NCBI RefSeq assembly: GCF_006345805.1
Contig: NC_042997.1
Coordinates: 113,832,001 to 113,896,000 of the forward strand
Reading direction: 5' to 3'
Length of the DNA: 64,000 nt
DNA from: Octopus sinensis
Lineage: Eukaryota
Every line of letters starts with the position of its first letter. Within the stretch, counting starts at the first letter, position 1. The position numbers and the translations under genes are program-made. Below are positions 1 through 12,636 of the stretch, piece after piece. The notes below the pieces were generated by a model. That model saw only the letters and a list, made by a program, of their open reading frames with translations. It had not been told where the DNA came from and searched no databases.

Positions 1-853
1 TAATATATTTTAATAAATTTGAGATAAATGTTTTTGAAAGAGAGTATAGGAACAGTAGCAGAGAAGGATAATCGAGAATATGCTATTGGGACATCATCAT
101 GGCCTGAAGTTTAATTAGAGACATAGATAGATCAAGATAATTTATCAAAGGGGAACAGAACTGTAAATGATTTGTTAAAGTTTTTATGCGTAAAAAGGAT
201 AAACTAGAGCAAAATGTTTATATTTACTATCTGCAAAGCCCTGATAAAGCAGAACTATGGTCAATGGTGTTCCAGCTATTACCATCAGATCATTTAACAT
301 TAACTTATCTATTTTTTTGTTCCATGCTACATTTTGTCTTTAGGTGCCATATATTTACATGCATACAATACCTGAAACAGAAGTTACCTCAAATAAGATA
401 AAGCAATATGCATTGTTTCTTTTTCAGATAATGTAGTACAGGTCAAAGATTAAAGATTAATATGGCTTTAAATCACTAAGAGAAATCGGTTTTAGATAAC
501 AATGCTTCCTTGTTCATCATCATTATCATTATTTAACATCCGTTTTCCATGTTGGCTTGGGTTGGACAATTTGACCAGAGCTGCACCAGGTTCCAGTCTG
601 ATTTGGCTGGATGTCCTTCCTAACACCAACCACTTTACAGTGTGTGCCAGGTGCTCTTAATGTGAAACTAGCATGAGCACTTATACATGGCATCGGCACA
701 AGTGCTTTTTACATGGTACTGACACTCTACTCCAATCCTTCTTCCCCGGGGAGGAGCAGCATGAACAATTCTGCTGTGGAGTATAGGTCTTCTTGAGTAC
801 AGCAAGGCAACAGGTATCTCAGTCCTTTGTCATCTCGTCCGAAAAAAATTATG

Positions 854-892
<39 letters not shown>

Positions 893-1144
893 TCTGTACG
901 AAATGCAGAAGCAGTCCATGATCTTCTGACACCTCTACAAGGGCAGCAACTCCAGACGAAAATTAACCTCAACAACGCCAACCTATCCAACCCACGCTAA
1001 CATGAAAAACGGATATAAAATAATGACAACAATGAGGAGGATATAAAAACTATCATTGGCAGAATGCCACAACTTTGCAAAGGATTACAATAAATCGATT
1101 ACTATAGATTTTTACTTTTACATATTTTATCAATCCTCTTACAG

Positions 1145-1409
1145 GGTTGATATCTTAAGGCATTTTCTTCACACAAGAGTGAATCTAACAGGAATTTATT
1201 ACCGCAATAACAACATTAACAGTTTAACAGATGCATGTACACCCACCCCAACCCCCGTAAACAAGATACAGAAAGACAAGAAAGGGGACTGGTTGGACTA
1301 CATTAAAGAATGGATATGGAAGATATTGGAAAACATGAAATTGGCTGATAACAGCGAAAGGTTGAGAGAAGACATTGCATCTGTTGCTGCGCAACTACTA
1401 CCAGCTTAG
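1145..1409 (+). CDS. Possible terminal coding exon of an unidentified plus-strand gene (VDILRHFLHTRVNLTGIYY...WLDYIKEWIWKILENMKLADNSERLREDIASVAAQLLPA*)
   Basis: TCCTCTTACAG acceptor at 1144 followed by 88 open codons with protein-like composition. No family recognised. Confidence 0.4.
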
Positions 1410-2044
1410 CTATGGATTTTGATTGACAACAGGGGAGACTACTTAATGACAACAAGTTCAAAGTGATCTTTCTTGTATTTTTTAGCCGTGGGCCTTGTCA
1501 TAATAATCAGAAGCTAATTCCCAACTATAATCCAAAATGTTTAATCGGATAACAAAAACAGTAAAAAGAAAAAAAAAAAGAAATTTCATAAGTTATTTAA
1601 CTCATTATTTTCTCAGTTGTTTATGCTGATGTAGGGCGCAAGTAAAAATGTCATAATTCTATTTTAATTTCTAATTATAAACAATTCTGTTCGTTTATGC
1701 TATCAATGTTGTCAAGAACAAAATGAATATTTCCCATTATATTTACCGACTTTAAATCTAGTAATATATATATAAATATATATATATATATAACAGTTTC
1801 ATTTTTAAGTCTAGTAATATATACATATAAGTTTAAGTCTCTATCTTTCTCCTGAATTTATATTAAAATTCCACAAGCACAAATGCTACAGCATCTTTAA
1901 TTTTCCTGTTACTTGTTTTCCTCCTTATGATTTCATTTGTGCAATTTTTTTTTTAACAGTTAGCATTTTCATACATTTGACAAAAAATTCAACACTCCCA
2001 TACACTTTAGACACTGGCCATTAATTTGTGTTTAGATTATTATT

Positions 2045-2640
2045 ATTATATTATTATTATTATTATTATTGAGTGAGAGAGCAGTGCATAACATCAAAGT
2101 GACACTGGGGTAAAATATACAAAGCCCAGTATACCCATCATAACTACCTGTCTGATAAGGATACACTAGGCACATGCATCACAACCATATGTGCGCGACA
2201 TGGTGATCTCATATCAAGATAAACAGCACATGACCTTGCAGATGGGGCCCAGTTAGAATTTTCTTCTGATCGAGTAAACCATCCTGCTCAAAAGGTCCCT
2301 GAATAAGGGTTGCTTAAGGATGTTGAATGAAACACCCATGTTTCCAGAGGTAAATAATTCAAACCCCAAAGAATCCCTCTCAACAAATGGCTATGATGCT
2401 CCCCCACTACTGCTCGTGATCAGAGATGCACATATCGTCAGCCACTAAGGGACATGCTCAACTGATTAAGGTCAAACAACTGACAAGCAAATCTGTGGTA
2501 TTGAGCAAAATATTTGCTGTAGCCCATCTTTTATACCAAGACAAAACAATGTACATGATAACACTTCCAATCAGTTAAGATCAAAAGCCATGAGAGCCAC
2601 TGCCTGGTACTGCATCAGAGCATTTATTATTATTATTATT
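2045..2640 (-). mobile_element. Retroposon with (AAT)n tail (family D); second copy at ~56700-57196
   Basis: The two copies align over ~490 bp (GAGAGCAGTG...GACAAAACAATG), both abutting (TTA)n tracts. Confidence 0.75.
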
Positions 2641-3334
2641 AGATTATATTAATGTTTGGATAATAGGTATTTTCAATATTGCTTTCAGATTTTGGCATAA
2701 TGCTAGCAATTTGGGGGGAATGTAAGTCGATTACATCAACACCAGTGATCAACTGGCATTTATTTTACCGACCCTGAAAGGGATGAACAGACAAAGTCGA
2801 CCTTTGCAGAATTTGAACTCAGAAAATAAAGACAGACGAAATGATGCTAAGCATTTTGCTTGGCATGCTAACAATTCTGCTCGCTCACCACCTTTGAGGT
2901 ATTTTCAAGATTAAAGGACTCACCTACCCACCCACTCCACACACACAAACATAAACATGGCTGTATGATTAAGAATTTTGCTTCCCAACCATGAGTAACA
3001 TGTTAGGCAAGTGTCTCCTACTGTTGCTTTGGGTTGACCAAAAACTTATGAGTGGACATATTTCCCTATAGCCATTATATATCTATGCTATCTCACACAT
3101 ACACACACATGTATATATGGATACACATGTCTATGTACCTATGTGTCTAGTTACCTGTGTGGGTTTTGTCATCACATTGGATGGTAATTGTAAACAAGCC
3201 TCACTGTCATACAGGTGGTGTTTGTAATAGTGAAATATTACCTTGCTTGGAAACAAGACTGGTGACAAGAAGGGCATCTAGACATATAAAATCTACCTCT
3301 ACAATTTCCATCTGACCCACAATGATTATATATG

Positions 3335-3337
<3 letters not shown>

Positions 3338-3417
<80 letters not shown>
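3338..3417. repeat. (CA)n microsatellite, ~40 units
   Basis: Uninterrupted CA run. Other microsatellites at ~856-885, 7690-7805, 12586-12630, 18780-19135, 35999-36022, 53030-53150 (including (CATG)n), 53795-53835 and 61560-61710. Confidence 0.95.
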
Positions 3418-3423
<6 letters not shown>

Positions 3424-3610
3424 ATCACTCAACTATCATGGGTGTTACATTCCAAAACACCCTGTGATAGGTGAAAATCTGAAGTAGAAACAGTGCTGTA
3501 CGGTATATTTGTATATATTTTATTATAAATGCAAAACACCATGGAGGAATCAACATAAGCTTAAATAATAAGCCACAATAGGTGAATCGCAATATGGTAA
3601 GGGATTACTG
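3417..3610 (+). mobile_element. Tigger/pogo-like MITE
   Basis: Degenerate TIRs (CAGAGTAATCACTC ... AGGGATTACTG) followed by TA. Confidence 0.6.
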
Positions 3611-4251
3611 TATATATACACACACACATACATACATTCATACACACCAACACATATTATTCATTTGTACTTTTAACAAGCTTTTCCATGCTAGCATGTC
3701 TTGGAGGGGGTGGTAGTTGCAGGACAGTTTTTAAGGCCAGATGCTTTTCTGGGTGCCAAGCCTTGCCTGCTTTTTTAAATAGGGAATTTTTATTATTTTA
3801 GATGAAATTGAAAGTGCAGAAAATGTCAAAAGGTAACCAGTTATAGCCCAGCTATGAGGATGCCACTGTTTACAGCAGCAACTCAGTGCAGATTGTAAGC
3901 ATTCATATAGACATATACATAAATATATTCAATGGGCTTCTTTCAGCTTCCATCTACAAAATTCCCTGGTAAGTCACTAGTCACCCCAGGGCTATAGAAT
4001 ACACTTGCCCAAGATGCAATGCAATGGGGCAAAACTTGAAGTTATGTAGCTGAGAAGCAAACTAGTCAATCACGTGGCTTCAGCCAACTACTACCCCTAA
4101 CTTTGCATGTAACATTGCTACTTGTAACTTGACTAAATTTTACCCAACTAATAACATTACCAGCTACAGTTGGAATTGTAATACTTCCAAATAATGCCCA
4201 TTTAATTCTATTCTTTTAACTAATATCATTTATAAGTGTATCATTACACCT

Positions 4252-4630
4252 CCTGTGGAGGTGCACTGGTCCAGTGGTTAGGGCAGCGGACTCGTGGTTG
4301 TAAGATCGCGGTTTCGATTCCCAGACTGGGCATTGTGAGTATTTATTGAGTGAAAACATCTAAAGCTCCACGAGGCTCCAGCAGGGGTTGGTGGCGAACC
4401 CTGCTGTACTCTTTCACTACAACTGTCTCACTCTTTCTTCCTGTTTCTGTTGTATCTGTATTTCAAAGGGCCAGCCTTATCACACTGTGTTACGCTGAAA
4501 CTCCAAGAACTACGTTAAGGGTACACATGTCTGTGGAGTGCTCAGCCACTTGCACGTTAATTTCATGAGCAGACTGTTCCATTGATCGGATCAACTGGAA
4601 GCCTCGTTATTGTAACCAATGGAGTACCAC
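4252..4630 (+). mobile_element. tRNA-headed SINE (family sharing its 5' ~190 bp with 15632-15900)
   Basis: A box CTGGTCCAGTGGTTAGG and B box GGTTTCGATTCCC, followed by conserved body AAACATCTAAAGCTCCACGAGG...CCCTGCTGTACTCTTTC. Confidence 0.75.
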
Positions 4631-6821
4631 TAAAGATTACACCTAGCATCACTAAATTTCATATCTAATTCATTTAAAACAATATTTTATTTACAGACGT
4701 GACTGTGTGGTAAGTTTGCTTCCCAACCGCATAGTTCTGGGTTCAGTCCCACTACATGCTACCTTGGGCAAGTGTCTTCTCTATTATAACCCTGGGCCAA
4801 ACACAGAAAGAAGCCCGTTGTATATCTGTGTTGTTGTTGTTGTTTGTTCCCCACCACCACATAACCAGTGCTGGTTTATTTGTCCTCATAACTTAGTGGT
4901 TCAGCAAAAAAGACCAATAGAATAAGTACCAGGCTTAAAAAGGGAAAAAAATGTACTGGGGTTAATTCAGTTTGCTCAACTAAACCCTTCAATGCAGTGC
5001 CCCAGCATGGCTGCAGTCTTATGACAAACAAAATAGAAGATTCTTTTAGGAATCCAAATAGAATATTTTTAACTTAAAGAAATAGAGCTTATATCTGGAA
5101 ATGAAACGACAATGATATTCCTTTTAACATTAAAAGGAAAAAGACAAACAAATATTTTATAAAGATGTTTTATTAAATAAACATGTTGCTACACAACCAC
5201 ATGGTTCAGAGTTCAGCCCTACTGTGTGGCACCTCGGGCAAGTGTCTTCCTCTACAGCCATGTCAACCAAAGCCTTGTGAGTTGGTCTGGTAAAGGAAAA
5301 TTGGAAGAAACCAGTCATATGTGTGCATGTGTGAGAGAGAGAATGTGTTCCTGTCTTCTGGCCACAAAGCCTTGTGAGTGAATTTAATAGATGAAAATTG
5401 TGCGAATGTATGTGACAGTTGTAAATGAGTATCACCATCATGCAAGCAATATCCTTTGTTTTCAACTTTCTGTGAAAACATGTCCGGCTATGGGAAAATA
5501 TTACCTTTTTTGGAAACAGGTAAGGATGGGCTGACAGGAAGAGCATTTGACCATACAAAATCTGCCTCAACAAATTCTGTCTAACCCATGCAAGTATGGA
5601 AAACTAGACATTAAAAGTAATGATGATGTGCATCTTAAAGACTAATAATCTTCAATAAGAGGTGATACCATGAAGATTTTTTCTTTTAAAGTAAAAGCCA
5701 TGTACAACTCAGCAATTCATCAAATTTGGTATATAATATGTCATTATTACTCAAGGAAACTCAATCAATTGAAAGTGCTAAATTTAAATGGATCAGATAA
5801 TTATTATTTCTGCTCTTTACTATTATTGAGAGAATTACTATCTAGTAGAAACGGTATATATGTACTTTCTGGTCACATAGGGTTTTACTCTCTCTTAGAT
5901 AAAGTTGTGAGTATTTAAAATGTTGATTCAGTTCCACATTAAAGTTCTGTAGGAACTGTTTCAAAAACAACTGAGAACATGTTTTAATTATATATCCCAT
6001 ATATTTAGTTTAAATCTATAACAATAAGCCTGGTTATTATTTTACTTACATGCATCGTTCTTTCTTTTCCTTATATCCATTTTCTTGTTTCTAAAATTCA
6101 GTATGAAAGATCACTAAAATGGAAACATTTATTTAACTTATTGATATCCATTTGTAACAAAAACGAGTAAATAATTACATTTTATTTACTAAATCTCTGA
6201 ATATAGTCAAATAACTACAAAGAAATATCAAATATGTTAGAACAAAAGTAAAATCTTGGAAGATATAGTTCAGTTTATATGATTTCACTTTAGTAGTTTT
6301 GGGACAGTGTTTCTTTTATTGTTTTTTAGGGTTTTTTCTATGTACACAATCACGATTGTCTCCATTTTCCTTTCATATTCCTTCTATTTTTCTTTCATGC
6401 CACTTCTTTCATAGTGAGGTAGACCACACTCTAAACACACACTTTAGTTAGAATTACTCTTACTGTAGATTGGTTATCCTTCAACTTCAAGACACAAAGG
6501 TACTAGTGATCAGCTGCTATCATTCAATTTAGAGTAACAATATTTCTCAACAACATTTCCTCTTGCACCATGGAAAGAAATATTTAATTATTTAGAAAAC
6601 AGAAATGAGCTATTTTAATTAGAAAAAGTGCTGCGAAAAATGTTGCTATGATAGAGAGAGGGAAAGTGAGAGAATATTATTGTTCCATTCTACTTTCTTC
6701 AATTAAAAATATTCTTTCCTACATTTCAAACAATTAAAATTTTTAAAACTTCCAGAATTCCAATTTTATTTCTCATACATCTACTTGTGTAAGTCTATTA
6801 TTTTTAGCAGCTCCAGCAACC

Positions 6822-7039
6822 ATGAGCAGTTTAATAAAGTCATTTAATAAGGAGATAGAGAAAGGGATGAGAAATATGAAAAGAAAAATGGATTTTTTTA
6901 ACATGGATAAAAAGAAAACATCAAAACAAAAAGTTAAAATCAAGGAAACTATTTTGAAGGATGAATGGTGGGAGAGGGGCAGGAATTTTGAAAATTTGCA
7001 TTTAAATTTTTTTTTAATGCTCACTACAAGATTCAGAAG
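6822..7039 (+). CDS. Weak candidate coding exon (MSSLIKSFNKEIEKGMRNMKRKMDFF..., Lys-rich)
   Basis: TTTTTAGCAG acceptor at 6810, GCAACCATGA start context, and a frame open exactly up to the AAG|GTGAGA donor at 7039. No partner exon found. Confidence 0.25.
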
Positions 7040-7164
7040 GTGAGATATTATAGAAATACCAAAGTAATTCATTTTATTCATGACAGCTATTCTGAAAGTT
7101 AGCCTTTTATTTAAATTCTTTCAGAAGGATGGAAAGTAAACTTGACCAACGAGCAAAGATCTCA

Positions 7165-7500
7165 ATTATGGCTCAGTAGTTACAGCGTTGGGCTCACAAT
7201 AATGAGATATTGAGTTTGATTCCCAGACCAGGCTGTGTAGCGTGTTCTTGAGCCAGACGCTTTATTTTACATTGTCCCAATTCATTCAGCTGTAGAAATG
7301 ACTTGTGATGTCACTGGTGCCAAGCAGTATCGGCCCCTTTGCCTTTCCCTTGAAAAACATTGGTGGTGTGGAGAGGGGAGGCTGGTATGCATGGGCGACT
7401 ACTGGTCTTCCATAAAACAACTTTGCCTGGACTTGTGCCTTGGCGGGTAACTTACTAGGTGCAATCCCATGCTCATTCATGAGCAATGAGGATCTTTATC
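7165..7500 (+). mobile_element. tRNA-headed SINE-like copy (another family)
   Basis: GGCTCAGTAGTTACAGCG A-box-like and GAGTTTGATTCCC B-box-like motifs, followed by TCTTGAGCCAGACGCTTTA core-like sequence. Confidence 0.55.
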
Positions 7501-7542
7501 ACAATCTTTCATCCAAAATATTATCATTGATTATAGGCATAG

Positions 7543-8015
<473 letters not shown>

Positions 8016-8584
8016 ATATTATTATTTCAAACTAAAAATATGTTACAGTAAATGTCTAATGCTATCCTTTTGATAAATATCAACTAACTATGAATAATTA
8101 TAAAACAAAATGTAATTATTTGTACATTTTTCTTCAAAGTTCAATGAAATTATTAAATAATTATTGATGAACAATCACTTCTAAGTTAGTTTACTTTCAA
8201 AATAACAACCACACGGAGTTTCTCCATACAGTAAGTTAAGCTACCAAAAATAACGCCTAGATCTCCCTAAAATTATTTCTTGCTATTTTAGTAAAGATAT
8301 TGTGTAATGTCCTAAATAAACTATTTGCCAAAAAATAATTTTTAAAAAATAAAATAGAGAGAGGCAGAGAGATGATCTTCGCTCACAGGTCTGCCGGAGA
8401 GTGGAGCTAAACTACTTTCTAAAGAAAAATTAATGAGCTTACGACTGCATGCAGTGCTCAGGTGCGCTTTAACTCGTCAGGAAAGGTTAAATGACAAGAC
8501 AGAAAGCAGATGTATTAATCATGTATAGAAAGAGATCAACAAAACTAAGAAATACATATGCAATACACAGAAAAAAAAGACAAA

Positions 8585-9688
8585 GGTACTACTTGAGAAC
8601 AGTGGTCCTGGTGCGCGCACTCGTGTACTCGGGCATCCGTGCTAGCTAGTTGTGACTCGTCGATCCTACAACGACTACCTAGCAAAGTAATAACTCACAA
8701 AATAAATAATTTTTTCACACAAAGTAAATAATTTTTGTTAGACAAAGTAAATAAAACATAAAAACACAAAGTAAATAACTTTTTAAACAAAGTAAAGGAT
8801 CTTTTCCTTTTGAACGGCACTTTGTAACATAATTTCTAGGTAACTAAAAAGTCTTAAACTTCGTATACTGGTAGAATGTGTTTATAAAACATCATTTTCT
8901 CTTGGCTTTGAGAAAATTCTCTAGGTTGTAACATATTTCGTCTTTAATTTCGACAATTTTAACCAATTGCTGACCTCCATTTAGGTAAATAACATTCTGT
9001 GCATAATGAATATGTCCCTCCTTTAAGAAACAGATTGGGTTTATTTACATTGTGAAGAAAAAAAGATACCCTTCCCCAACCCCTAACTAATCCTAACCCT
9101 AAATCTAAAATAGATTGAAATGCAATAGATCGATACTAGGACCATAATTATGGGTGACATTTTCATTTGACACCGCTAGAAAAAAATCCCATTTTCCGTA
9201 GCGGTGTTGTATGAAATTGTCACCCATAATTATAACCCTAGTATCGATCTATTGCATTTCAATTTATTTTAGATTTAGAGTTAGGGGTGGGGGAAGGGTA
9301 TCTTTTTTCTTCGCAAATGTAAATAAACCCAATCTGTTTCTTAAAGGAGGGACATATTCATTATGCACAGAATGTTATTTACCTAAATGGATGTCAGCGA
9401 TTGGTTAAAATTGCCAAAATGCTCGAAATTAAAGACGAAATATGTTACAACATATAGAATTTTCTCAATAAAGCCAAGAAAAAATGTTTTATAAACACAT
9501 TCTACCTACCAGTATACGAAGTTTAAAAGTGTTTAGTTAACTAGAAATTGTGTTCAAAAGTGCCGTTCAAAAGGAAAAGATCCAAAGTAAATAACACACA
9601 AAAACACAAAGTAAGGATCGACTAGTCAGGACTAGCTAGCGCGGATGCACGAGTGCGCGCACCGGACCACTGTTCTCAAGTAGTACCC
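8585..9688. mobile_element. Foldback MITE 1 (TIR GGTACTACTTGAGAACAGTGGTCC), interrupted by MITE 2
   Basis: ~80-bp imperfect TIRs, 8-bp TSD AAGACAAA (8577-8584 / 9689-9696), internal ACAAAGTAAATAA subrepeats. Confidence 0.85.
8797..9583. mobile_element. Foldback MITE 2 (TIR GGATCTTTTCCTTTTGAACGGCAC, arms ~380 bp)
   Basis: Near-complete palindrome; 8-bp TSD AAAGTAAA (8789-8796 / 9584-9591). Confidence 0.9.
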
Positions 9689-9698
9689 AAGACAAAAA

Positions 9699-10826
9699 GG
9701 TTAATATAGGGCGTTACGATTATCAGAAAATCAAAAATAAAATGTGTGTAATAGGTGTAAAACAACTTCCTATGAACGAATATGAAAAAAAAAATTCGCG
9801 CACGCGAAAGGGGGGTGGGGGAGAGGCCTCGGAAAATTCACATCGGGAAGTTCCGAAAGCGTCTGAGGAGCTGACCCGGGCACCAAAACAAAAAAAAAAA
9901 TAGTGTAATATGTGTAAAACAACTTGCTCTAAACGAATATGACAAAAAAAATGCGCTCTCGCGAAAGAGGGGTGGGGGAGAGGCCTCGGAAAATTTATAT
10001 CGGGAATTTCCGAAAGCGTCTGAACCGGGCACAAAAACAAAAACAAAAACAGCGTAATAGGTGTAAAACAACTTGCTCTAAACGACTATCATGAAAAAAA
10101 TGCGCGCTCGCGAAAGGGGGGTGGGGGAGAGGCTTCGGAAATTTCACATCTTCAGTCCACGGCCTTTAAACTAAGAAAAAATAGTGTAATTGGTGTAAAA
10201 CTACTTGTTCTAAACGAGTATCAAGAACACACACTCACACATGAATCATAAACTCCGTATTTTTGTACATATTTCGCAAAAAAAAAAAAATAAATAAAGA
10301 GAAGAAATTCCTCGTTTAGAACAAGTAGTTTTACACCAATTACACTATTTTTTCTTAGTTTAAAGGCCGTGGACTGAAGATGTGAAATTTCCGAAGCCTC
10401 TCCCTCACCCCCCTTCCGCGAGCGCGCATTTTTTTCATGATAGTCGTTTAGAGCAAGTTGTTTTACACCTATTACGCTGGTTTTGTTTTTGTGCCCGGTT
10501 CAGACGCTTTCGGAAATTCCCGATATAAATTTTCCGAGGCCTCTCCCCCACCCCTCTTTCGCGAGAGCGCATTTTTTTTTTGTCATATTCGTTTAGAGCA
10601 AGTTGTTTTACACATATTACACTATTTTCTTTTTGTTTTGGTGCCAAGGTCAGCTCCTCAGACGCTTTCGGAACTTCCCGATGTGAATTTTCCGAGGCCT
10701 CTCCCCCACCCCCCTTTCGCGTGCGCGAATTTGTTTTTTTCATATTCGTTCATAGGAAGTTGTTTTACACCTATTACACACATTTTTTTTTTGATTTTCT
10801 GATAATCGTAACGCCCTATATTAACC
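9699..10826. mobile_element. Foldback MITE 3 (TIR GGTTAATATAGGGCGTTACGATTATCAGAAAATC, arms ~520 bp with three ~140-170-bp subrepeats each)
   Basis: Mirror-image arms around a ~90-bp spacer; 8-bp TSD GACAAAAA (9691-9698 / 10827-10834). Confidence 0.9.
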
Positions 10827-12578
10827 GACAAAAAGTGAACATGAAAATAATCTTATGAGAAAAAAGGTGAGCAGGCAGGTCAGGAATAATGTTAATGAAT
10901 TTTGGGAAACATGAGGTTTTTGAAGGATGCAACATCCTAACTGATTAAGAACTGATGTGGGTTATTTGTTCCTGGATCTGACAATTCTGAACGTTAAAAC
11001 ACGTTTCCTAAAGTCAAGGATACTACATTGTTTTTATTTTACTTTACAAGTATGTGATAGAGATACACAATTAAAAATATGACCATAGGTGTTGGAACGA
11101 TAGTGGATAATCTTGGGGGCACAAAGTCAGTTCCTTGACGTCCAAACTTTGAAAATATAATATTCAAGAAAGAAAGCAAATAAAATATATTTTTTGACTC
11201 TAACTGAATCCAAGTTCGATATCATTCATTTTAATGAGACGGTTTTAAACAAAAAACGAAGGTAATTAAGATTTAAGCAGTAAAACTGTTGTTTCAACTT
11301 ACGCAGAGATGAACCTGTCGTCTGATAATGAATGGAAACCAAAGTATTGATTTAAATAGTCAAAATATTAATTATATATATCTATCAAATAAACTGCTAA
11401 GTGAAGATTATCTGTAATTGGGTTTAAAAAGTAAAATAATTTGATGTTAAGATTAATATTAGTTAAATAGTAAAAAGTTGAAAAAGAAAATGTTTTTCAT
11501 GAAACGTACTTCGATAATAATCGTAAAAATAGATAATTTCGGTAAATAAATCGTAAAAATAATTAATCCTCATTAAATAAGATGAAGTGAATAAATAGAA
11601 TCTTTCTAAAATTCTTCCAACCACCTAAATTATTTCAGTTGTTCACCATATTCTTTGAAATAGTTGGAAGAAATTTAAAAGATCTCAATCATTATTTGGT
11701 TCGATCTCATTAAGTCTGGATTAAAATCCATCCAAACAAGATCAACTTAGCCTTACCAAGATGCGTTTCCCATAGAATTCGGGGTTATGTAAATGTTATT
11801 CTCTTATCTCTCCCAAATTTCCTTTCTGTTCATAATTGCTCCTCTTCTTTGCTGAGCACGAACTCACATTTTCAATGTAGATTAGCTCCAAATGGATGAA
11901 GCTCTAATCCTGTGAAGGTGCTTGATTTTTTTTTTTAATTCTAGAGAAAGGGTAGATTGATTCTAAGAGTTTGGAACTATTTACTGTTGAAACAGTCTGA
12001 TCGATCTGATCAATTATTCTAAGTCTCACTTTACTTTGTGAGTGCTAATATATTCTGGAGGTAAGGTTTCCAAGTCCCTATTCTAAGATACAATTAAGAA
12101 AGTGTACGTTTGTAATATGTAGTCTTCATAAAACAGGGGTATTTTTTGTTGCTATCAAAGTTTTCCATTTTTTAAAATTTCTAAAACTGTGACAGCAATA
12201 GAAAGATTCAAATAATTAAACATAAGTATAGCTGTTTAATTTTCGGAATTTTTTTCAATTCGGTTGAAATAAATATATTTTATATCATTATGTTTTATTC
12301 TCTATCATATTTCTGAGCTACAAGACCATACCATAACCTTCTGGAGTCGGGGTAAAATGGAATATGTTTACCTCAGTACATAACTGGTACTTTATTTTAG
12401 CCCCACCGCTCAGGAGGAGAGGTAAACTTATCCAACGATTATTATCACAACTGTCTCTACTACATTTTATCAAATATTATTAAAATTTCTCAATCTTTAA
12501 TCAAAAATATTGCTATTAATATATCATTTCCAAATAAAAGTAACGTTACCGTCAATGTCTGACTCTACCCCTTGTTTT

Positions 12579-12636
<58 letters not shown>

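Noticed and set aside
9699-10826. Regularly spaced repeats superficially like a CRISPR array; ORFs 9723-10858
   Set aside because: Units are long tandem subrepeats mirrored in two arms with a TSD, with no unique spacers or cas genes, in a eukaryotic context. The ORFs are repeat artefacts.
11600-12085. Minus-strand stretch resembling a leucine-rich-repeat exon (NRDLETLPPEY..., GAAAAT|GTGAGT donor)
   Set aside because: Needs several frameshifts and has stops. LRIGTW- and MDFN-like words fit a decayed LINE endonuclease better.
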